Shown in pieces: positions 57,868 through 64,000 of a stretch of 64,000 bases of DNA (its first letter is position 1; every line of letters begins with the position of its first letter). The stretch lies in the NCBI GenBank assembly GCA_001776785.1, contig MFDF01000002.1, positions 6,894 through 70,893 of the forward strand, given 5' to 3'. The notes beneath the pieces were generated by a model. It made no database searches, had not been told where the DNA came from, and saw only the letters and a list, made by a program, of their open reading frames with translations. Both the position numbers and the translations under genes were made by a program. The DNA is from Candidatus Daviesbacteria bacterium RIFCSPHIGHO2_12_FULL_37_16 (GTDB taxonomy: Bacteria; Patescibacteriota; Microgenomatia; Daviesbacterales; UBA10151).

Positions 57868-59331
57868 ATGTTTAATCAAAAAGGTTACATAGTTTTACCT
57901 TTAATTTTATTTGCTCTGATTACAGCTTTTTTTGTAATTCCCAGAAAATCTCCAGTTACTAAGAATGCTTTAAACAAAGTAACTTCAAATGCCTGTCAGC
58001 CGGATAAAGATCCTAATGCTCCAACTGCTACTACACGTGGATATACCATAGATAATGAGAATGATGATTCTACTTTTAGATTTACAGGAGATGTAACTTA
58101 TAGGAGAGTCAAAAAAAATGTTCCTATAGACCAGGATTCTTTTGAAAAACCAGGAAATACTGAAGTTCACTGGATAAAGGGGCAGGATGTTTCAGCCAGT
58201 GATGGTAAAACATACAGAGTTTACTACCCAGGTAGGTATGCCCAAGACTGTGGTGGGGAAAATAACAAGGGCCCTGATGGAAAATGTTTGCCTGGTAAAC
58301 TACTTGCTGAGGGGGATATTGGCTATTCTTTTTTGGGAGCTAATGGTTATACCTGGTTACATTTTTACAAGTATGGAATTATAGTGTTGGTGCATTTAAA
58401 TGATGATGGGAGTGTAGAAAAAGAGGATGGGTTTAATAATAAGGATGCCAGGACTTTTTGGATAGCTGATATTTATGTTGATCCAAGCAAAGATCCACTA
58501 CCTGAGGATGTAATTAAGTGTCAGGATATTCCTAAAGCTCCGGATGAAAGTGGGATACGTTTAAAAACAAGTAAATATTCTAGCCAACAAAGCGGAAATT
58601 CAAATGATTTTAGTACTATTGTTTATCCTACTCAGTCAGAGAGTACTGATAGCAAACAGCTTCAGCTTGAATGGTTCAAATTTGGTAATTCAAATGTTGT
58701 GTATCAGCCTTGGTGGACACCGCATTGTAAGCCAGCAATTTATCTTTACCCCAAAAATAAATCATTAGTAAATGTGAAAGTTTATCCAAGGGGAAATTTT
58801 ACTTTAACTGATCCAAAATATGATTTAGATAAAGGTTGGAATGTTTGGGCGCAGCCAAATGGAGAGATTTATGATTTAAGATTAACACGCCCTTCCTTCG
58901 GAAGCAGGAATTATGAATATTTATATTATGAAGCACAAATTAATGATAATGATATAGATAAGCCAGAGGATGGGTATGTAGTAAAAAAAGATGAAGTTCA
59001 CCAACTTTTGTCAGATTTAATGCCTAAGCTAGGTTTAAATTTTGTAGAAACAAGACAATTTAAAGAATATTGGGAGCGGGTTTTGCCTGATTCTCCATAT
59101 TATTTTATTGGAGTGGTGGATAAAAGTAATTTAGATTATATAGAAGCTTTGAAGATAAATCCTGAGCCTGATTCTATAATCAGGGTTAGTCTTTATTTTG
59201 AGCCTTTAGATAGCTTTAAGGAGGTTTCTGAGCCAAATATAGTTACCCCAAAAAGAGAGGGGTTTAGTGTGGTGGAGTGGGGAGGGTTAATAAAGCTTCA
59301 TGGAGATACTCCATTTACATGCAGCCAATAA
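57868..59331 (+). CDS. Exported protein with a C-terminal KPAIYLYP...VVEWGG domain of unknown function
   Basis: N-terminus MFNQKG-YIVLPLILFALI; KPAIYLYP, YEYLYYE, FKEYW, PDSIIRV, REGFSVVEWGG. Confidence 0.75.
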   Translation: MFNQKGYIVLPLILFALITAFFVIPRKSPVTKNALNKVTSNACQPDKDPNAPTATTRGYTIDNENDDSTFRFTGDVTYRRVKKNVPIDQDSFEKPGNTEVHWIKGQDVSASDGKTYRVYYPGRYAQDCGGENNKGPDGKCLPGKLLAEGDIGYSFLGANGYTWLHFYKYGIIVLVHLNDDGSVEKEDGFNNKDARTFWIADIYVDPSKDPLPEDVIKCQDIPKAPDESGIRLKTSKYSSQQSGNSNDFSTIVYPTQSESTDSKQLQLEWFKFGNSNVVYQPWWTPHCKPAIYLYPKNKSLVNVKVYPRGNFTLTDPKYDLDKGWNVWAQPNGEIYDLRLTRPSFGSRNYEYLYYEAQINDNDIDKPEDGYVVKKDEVHQLLSDLMPKLGLNFVETRQFKEYWERVLPDSPYYFIGVVDKSNLDYIEALKINPEPDSIIRVSLYFEPLDSFKEVSEPNIVTPKREGFSVVEWGGLIKLHGDTPFTCSQ

Positions 59332-59403
59332 TGATATGAAAAAGAGATATTTTTAAAACTAGACGAGTCTTCTTTTTGAGGTTGTTGCAGGATACATTAC
59401 TCT

Positions 59404-59544
59404 TCAAAAAGCACTGCTTAAATTTTCAGAAACTGCAAAATAATTTCCAAAGGAGTCTTTGCAGATAAAAGGCTCATTTGCTGGCTGCTCCTGTTTTTTT
59501 ATTTGATTGAATATAGATTTTTCACTTGAACCTCGTTCAGTCAT
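59404..59544 (-). CDS. Small hypothetical protein (46 aa) or gene remnant
   Basis: MTERGSSEKSIF...NLSSAF*; TTGATA-17 nt-TATAAT promoter (59581-59553) ends 8 nt before the ATG; too short for the ORF track. Confidence 0.4.
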   Translation of the reverse strand: MTERGSSEKSIFNQIKKQEQPANEPFICKDSFGNYFAVSENLSSAF

Positions 59545-59619
59545 AAGGAGAAATTATAACAAATTAGTTAAAAATTATCAACTATAGGTTATAGTATAAA
59601 TACTTAAACCTTAATTCTG

Positions 59620-59690
59620 AGCGGGATATGGGAATCGGACCCACGACTCTTCCTTGGGAAGGAAGCATATTACCACTATACTAATCCCGC
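59620..59690 (-). tRNA. tRNA-Gly(CCC)
   Basis: GCGGGAT/ATCCCGC acceptor stem, CTTCC-TTCCCAA-GGAAG anticodon arm, T-loop TCCGATT, U discriminator, CCA not encoded. Confidence 0.92.
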
Positions 59691-59739
59691 ATAGGACAAA
59701 TAAGAATATTACCAAATTTGAGTGATTTAATCTAGAAAT

Positions 59740-60477
59740 TTACCTTGGGAGTTTGAGGGTTTGACCAATTTCAATTAAGTTTGGGTTTTGAATATTGTTA
59801 GCTTGGGCAATTTTTTGATACTGCATTATATCTCCATAAGCTCTGCCTGATATGGTTGAGAGCCAGTCTCCCTGCTGAACTGTATATGAATCACCTGATA
59901 TTGGTGTTCCCCATGGATTTTGTATGATTGCCCCTTTTTCACCTGCAGGTGCATCAGTTTGGCCCTGGGGAGAAGGTGAGGGTGTGGCAGATGTGCCAGG
60001 AGTTGGTGAAGCTGTTTCACTTGCTTCAGGTGAAGGGGAAGCAGTTAAGCTATCAAGCTTTGGAATTTTTATAACCTGGCCTGCGGAGATTTGATCTTCA
60101 TTTTCTAACTCATTTGCTTTAACAAGTTCAGGGTATTTATAGCCATCATCATAATAGTTTTGAGCTATAGAGAAGAGAGTGTCACCTTCTTTTACAGTGT
60201 AATTTCCAGGAAGATTTTCTTTTGAGACATCACCTGTTTGTTCTTCTTCTGCCTGTTGAGTTGGACCTAAATCTCCTTCAGGTTTATTAAAATAATTAAA
60301 AAGAATAACACCTAAAACTATAACTATTAACGCACCTAATACTAAATTTAAGAATGATTGATTATTTTGGAGATCATCCTGGAGTTTGTCTATAAGTCCA
60401 CCACTATCTACGCTAAATCCCTGGGATGTTGTATCTTCTTTTTTCCTTGAGCCCTTTTTTGTAGTTCTTCTTGCCAC
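59740..60477 (-). CDS. Membrane-anchored protein with two LysM domains
   Basis: YTVKEGDTLFSIA...IKIP and YTVQQGDWLSTIS...LKLP separated by an S/P/T linker; one TM. Confidence 0.92.
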   Translation of the reverse strand: MARRTTKKGSRKKEDTTSQGFSVDSGGLIDKLQDDLQNNQSFLNLVLGALIVIVLGVILFNYFNKPEGDLGPTQQAEEEQTGDVSKENLPGNYTVKEGDTLFSIAQNYYDDGYKYPELVKANELENEDQISAGQVIKIPKLDSLTASPSPEASETASPTPGTSATPSPSPQGQTDAPAGEKGAIIQNPWGTPISGDSYTVQQGDWLSTISGRAYGDIMQYQKIAQANNIQNPNLIEIGQTLKLPR

Positions 60478-60590
60478 TTTTCTTAAACCCTTTCTTTAAT
60501 CTTTGGGCAGTTCAAGATAACATCACTTTTATAACATTGGGTTATAGTTTGTCAACTGCATCAAAATAGGTCAATTTAATAAAATGGTGT

Positions 60591-60619
60591 TTGATCTATA
60601 AGTAATTTATTGTTAAAAT
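60591..60619 (+). promoter_or_regulatory. Sigma70-type promoter for tRNA-Asp
   Basis: TTGATC-17 nt-TAAAAT with a TG extension. Confidence 0.55.
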
Positions 60620-60633
60620 AGCTCAGTTAACTT

Positions 60634-60708
60634 GGGGCTGTAGCTCAGTCTGGTTAGAGCGCTTCCCTGTCACGGAAGAGGCCGCGGGTTCGAGTCCCGT
60701 CAGTCCCG
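60634..60708 (+). tRNA. tRNA-Asp(GTC)
   Basis: GGGGCTG/CAGTCCC acceptor stem, CTTCC-CTGTCAC-GGAAG anticodon arm, GCGGG-TTCGAGT-CCCGT T-arm, G discriminator. Confidence 0.95.
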
Positions 60709-60743
60709 CTTTATAATATTTACCAAAGTTGTATACTTTGGGT

Positions 60744-62495
60744 ATGAAGACTTCTAATCAGGAGATTGCAGATCTTTTGAGATCTGTTGCTGCTTCATTA
60801 ACTCTTTCTAAGGCAAATGCTTTTCAGGTTAGGGCTTATGAGAATGCTGCTGATTCTATTGAACGTTTGACCTCTGAGATTAAAGATTTATGGGAAGAGG
60901 GAAAGCTGGGTGAAGTTCCTGGAATAGGGACAGGATTAAAAGAGCATTTAAATGAAATATTTAAAACAGGAGAATCAAAACACCTTGAAAGTATTTTAAA
61001 AAAACATCCTGAAGTTGTATATGAGCTTATTAAAGTCCCCGGGATTGGACCTAAAACTGCTTTAGAACTGGCTAATCTTGGGGTAAAAGATATTGATGAT
61101 TTGAAAAAGAAGATAGAAAGTGGTGAACTTACTAAAAAAGGCTTTTCTGAGAAGATTTCGGAAAGGGTTTTAGGTGGATTAGAAGAACATGCAGGAAAAA
61201 CAGGTAGAATGCTTTTGCCTTATGCTCAAGCTCAGGCAGATAGAATATTAGAATATTTAAAAAAGGGACCAGATGTTAAGGATGCAGATCCTTTGGGGAG
61301 TTTAAGAAGACAGGTGGCTACAATTGGTGACTTGGATTTTGCTGTATCTGCTAATAATTCTGAAAAAGTTTATGAGTATTTTGTTAAGATGCCAGGTGTT
61401 TCTAAAGTGATAGATAAAGAGACTGTAATTTTAAATTCAGGAATTCATGTTGATCTTTTAGTAGGTAAACCTGAGAGTTATGGAGCACTCCTACAGCACT
61501 TTACAGGGAGCAAAAACCACAATATAAAACTTAGGACATTAGCTTTAAAAAAAGGATTGAGCTTGAGTGAAGATGGAGTTAAAAAAGTGGGAAGTGGGAA
61601 ATTGATAGAAGTAAAAAGTGAAGAGGAGTTTTATAAGCTTTTAGGGATGGATACACCTGCCCCTGAGATAAGAGAAGATGTTGAAGAAATAGAGGCAGCT
61701 CTAGAATACAAATTACCTGACTTAATTGAGTTAAAAGATATTAAAGGGGATTTGCACTTACATTCTAATTTTCAAATTGAGCACCCTTCCCATGGACCAG
61801 GAGCTAACCCAATAGAAGATATTGTTAAAAGAGCAGAAGAGTTAGGGTATGAATATGTAGGGATATCAGATCATCCACCTGCACAGGGAACTGAATCTAA
61901 AGAAGGAATTATAAGATGGGTGGAAAAGAGGACAAAATTTATCCAAAATATACAAAAGGGTAATAAAAGTATTCGGGTACTTAATGGTCTCGAAATAGAT
62001 ATTCTTTCTGATGGAAGTTTAAGTGTGCCTGATGAGGCTTTAAAAACTTTAGATTATTGTATAGCTGGGATTCATCATGGTCATAGGGGAACTCCTGAAC
62101 AGATTACTAAAAGGATTTTAAAGGCTTTGGAGAATCCATATGTTGATATTCTGGCTCATCCTACAGGAAGGTTGCTTAATGAAAGGGGGAGCTATGATGC
62201 TGATTGGGAAGAGATTTTTAAGTTTGCTGCAAAAAATGAGCGAAGCTCCTCTTCGAGTAAAAAACTGATGGAGATTAATGGGTATCCAAACAGGTTGGAT
62301 TTAAGGGATGATTTGGTCAGGTTGGCTTTAAAGTTTGGGGTGAAATTTGTAATTGATACTGATGCACATGAGGTTGACCAGATGGATAATATGAGGTTTG
62401 GGGTGTCTGTTGCCAGGAGGGGCTGGGTTGAGAGTAAGGATGTGGTTAATAGTTGGGAGTGGAAAAAGTTTGCAGAATGGTTTAATATTCACTAG
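60744..62495 (+). CDS. polX: DNA polymerase X family with PHP domain
   Basis: HhH motifs VPGIG, GSLRR, GDLD, HFTGSK.HN, GDLHLHS, SDH, AHPTGR, MEIN, DTDAH; ATG at 60744 lies 6 nt after TATACT. Confidence 0.95.
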   Translation: MKTSNQEIADLLRSVAASLTLSKANAFQVRAYENAADSIERLTSEIKDLWEEGKLGEVPGIGTGLKEHLNEIFKTGESKHLESILKKHPEVVYELIKVPGIGPKTALELANLGVKDIDDLKKKIESGELTKKGFSEKISERVLGGLEEHAGKTGRMLLPYAQAQADRILEYLKKGPDVKDADPLGSLRRQVATIGDLDFAVSANNSEKVYEYFVKMPGVSKVIDKETVILNSGIHVDLLVGKPESYGALLQHFTGSKNHNIKLRTLALKKGLSLSEDGVKKVGSGKLIEVKSEEEFYKLLGMDTPAPEIREDVEEIEAALEYKLPDLIELKDIKGDLHLHSNFQIEHPSHGPGANPIEDIVKRAEELGYEYVGISDHPPAQGTESKEGIIRWVEKRTKFIQNIQKGNKSIRVLNGLEIDILSDGSLSVPDEALKTLDYCIAGIHHGHRGTPEQITKRILKALENPYVDILAHPTGRLLNERGSYDADWEEIFKFAAKNERSSSSSKKLMEINGYPNRLDLRDDLVRLALKFGVKFVIDTDAHEVDQMDNMRFGVSVARRGWVESKDVVNSWEWKKFAEWFNIH

Positions 62496-63050
62496 ATGGA
62501 TCCTTTTACAATTGGAATTATTGTAGCCGTAGTAGTTGCCTTAGGCTGGCTTTTGATGACCTATAATGGTCTGGTTTCCTTGAGAAACAGAGTAAAAGAA
62601 GCATGGAGCCAGATTGATGTGCAGCTTAAAAGAAGAGCCTCTTTAATTCCAAACTTAGTCGAATCTGTTAAGGGTTATGCAAAGCATGAAAAAGAAGTTT
62701 TTGAAAATGTAACTAAAGCCAGGTCTGCTTTAATGGGAGCTACAGATCCTGCACACAAAGCTGCAGCCAATGATATGCTGACAGGAGCACTGAAATCCCT
62801 TTTTGCTGTGGCTGAGGCATATCCTAACCTGAGAGCTTCTGAGAACTTCAAACAGCTTCAGGATGAGATTTCTGATACAGAGACCAAAGTTGCAGCCTCC
62901 AGACAGTTTTACAATACAAATGTTTTGGATTTAAATAATACTTTAGAGATGTTTCCAAGTTCTCTGGTTGGATCCATGTTTGGGTTCCAAAAAGAAGAGT
63001 TCTTTAAAGCTACTGAAGAAGATAAAAAAGATATCCAAGTAAAATTCTAA
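62496..63050 (+). CDS. lemA: LemA family protein
   Basis: [47 protein letters not shown]. Confidence 0.96.
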   Translation: MDPFTIGIIVAVVVALGWLLMTYNGLVSLRNRVKEAWSQIDVQLKRRASLIPNLVESVKGYAKHEKEVFENVTKARSALMGATDPAHKAAANDMLTGALKSLFAVAEAYPNLRASENFKQLQDEISDTETKVAASRQFYNTNVLDLNNTLEMFPSSLVGSMFGFQKEEFFKATEEDKKDIQVKF

Positions 63051-63060
63051 TTCACTTATC

Positions 63061-63444
63061 TTGACGCCTCCTTCTAAAATTTATGTTAAGAAAACTTCCA
63101 CTATGGGTAATGGAGTTTTTGCGAGTTCTCTGATTAAGAAGGGTGAGATTATTGAGGTATCGCCAATAATTGTTTTGGAGTTTGAGGAGCTGGTGGATAC
63201 AAAGTGGAATAATCTTTTTAACTACTATTTTTGGATGGATGAGTATGTTGTTTTAGCTTTGGGGTATGGGTCTTTATATAACCACTCTGATGATGCTAAT
63301 GCAGAATATAAGATTGACCAAAAGAGTAAAACTATAACTTTTACAGCTTCTAAAGATATAAAAAAAGGTGAGGAGATTTTTTTTAATTACAAAGGAAAAG
63401 AAAAGACTAAGACTCCGCTCTGGTTTGAAAAAGAAAGACAATAA
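63061..63444 (+). CDS. SET domain protein (putative protein-lysine methyltransferase)
   Basis: GNGVFA, IKKGEII, GSLYNHS, DIKKGEEIFFNY; no post-SET cysteines. Confidence 0.88.
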   Translation: MTPPSKIYVKKTSTMGNGVFASSLIKKGEIIEVSPIIVLEFEELVDTKWNNLFNYYFWMDEYVVLALGYGSLYNHSDDANAEYKIDQKSKTITFTASKDIKKGEEIFFNYKGKEKTKTPLWFEKERQ

Positions 63445-63447
63445 TTG

Positions 63448-63583
63448 CGAGTCCGATCGTCGGATCATAAAAGTACCGTTCGGGTCGAATCCCTCACTAT
63501 GTGAGAAAAAATTACCAATCAACTGCAGAATTTTTTCTCAGATTACTTTTATTGATTCTGACTTCGCGTCCTTTGCTTACTCG
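63448..63583 (-). other. Dispersed structured element, copy 2 (candidate ncRNA or ssDNA element)
   Basis: Stems GTCGGA/TCTGAC, TAAAAGTA/TACTTTTA, TGAGAAAAAATT/AATTTTTTCTCA, GGG-TCGAAT-CCC; loops match 28148-28268. Confidence 0.7.
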
Positions 63584-63618
63584 ATTTAGTGAAGAAAAAA
63601 TGTTAAAATAGGCACACT

Positions 63619-64000
63619 GTGGCTACAATTAATACAGCTTGGGATCATGTAAATTCAAATATCTTTAAGACATGGGTAATCATGTTTTTGTTTTCTGTGT
63701 TTGTGATGGGAGTAGTTTATGTTTTTGCCAGGGGGTTTGGGTATGATTCTGTTGGTGTTTTGGGATTGACTGGGTTTGCCCTTATTTTAACTGGAGTAAT
63801 GAATTTTGTGAGTTACTGGTGGTCAGATAAGATTGTTTTAGGGATTTCCCAGGCTAAACCCGTTTCTTTGGAATCCAACAGACAGCTTTACCATATGGTA
63901 GAAAATATTGGGATTGCTGCAGGACTTCCTACACCTAAGATTTATATTATAGATGACACTGCTCCCAATGCTTTTGCAACCGGAAGAGATCCAAAACATG
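63619..64000 (+). CDS. htpX: Zinc metalloprotease HtpX (M48), 5' part cut by the window edge
   Basis: GTG start; two TM segments, SYWWSDKIVL, AAGLPTPKIYIIDDTAPNAFATGRDPKH; lemA nearby. Confidence 0.92.
   Translation, partial: MATINTAWDHVNSNIFKTWVIMFLFSVFVMGVVYVFARGFGYDSVGVLGLTGFALILTGVMNFVSYWWSDKIVLGISQAKPVSLESNRQLYHMVENIGIAAGLPTPKIYIIDDTAPNAFATGRDPKH

Noticed and set aside
56831-59619. tRNA-integrated genomic island between tRNA-Thr and tRNA-Gly
   Set aside because: No integrase and no duplicated tRNA 3' end were found; accessory-looking genes alone are not enough
60619-60649. TAGCTCAGT repeated just upstream of and inside tRNA-Asp
   Set aside because: A 9-bp match overlapping the -10 region, compatible with chance, and at the wrong end for an att site
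615-63589. Many 60-190 aa ORF-track entries antisense to or nested in longer genes (e.g. 33511-34089, 30409-30846, 16920-17333, 63368-63589)
   Set aside because: Shadow frames of well-supported genes or of the structured element, with no recognisable motifs
1-64000. Alternative genetic code (TGA read as Gly, as in Gracilibacteria/Absconditabacteria)
   Set aside because: Conserved genes are uninterrupted under code 11, and TGA ends genes at expected positions, often in ATGA overlaps

Overview
AT-rich 64 kb chromosomal segment (genetic code 11). Gene content points to a Patescibacteria/CPR bacterium, probably Microgenomates; this is inferred from the N-terminally short Mur ligases, alpha2-type GlyRS, type-2 IleRS, a DUF4012-like gene and a PaaX/Cas2-like gene. 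Layout: (1) 1-27 kb, a large surface-glycan cluster of GT2/GT4 glycosyltransferases, five GT-C-like membrane transferases, an O-antigen-ligase-like gene and a priming phosphoglycosyltransferase, with an inverted rsmH embedded in it; (2) recO-glyQS; (3) a reduced dcw cluster (ftsL-ftsI-murE-truncated murB-murF-mraY-ftsW-murG-ftsQ-ftsA-ftsZ); (4) a PaaX/Cas2-like gene, ileS, rodA, rplU, rpmA, parB, lepB; (5) a wzm/wzt glycan-export block; (6) three tRNAs, NUDIX, LysM, polX, lemA, SET and a partial htpX. No CRISPR array, rRNA, integrase or transposase was seen. The most unusual signal is non-coding: a ~120-135 nt multi-stem element present in two diverged copies (28.15 kb and 63.45 kb, plus a fragment at 9.25 kb) with compensatory base changes and tandem G-A motifs. 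It occurs alongside small GA/GNA-type hairpins, heptamer repeats and IS200/IS605-like palindromes, some inserted in frame into genes, and a diverged duplicate of the glyQS start. All calls come from reading the sequence by eye; no database searches or folding programs were run.
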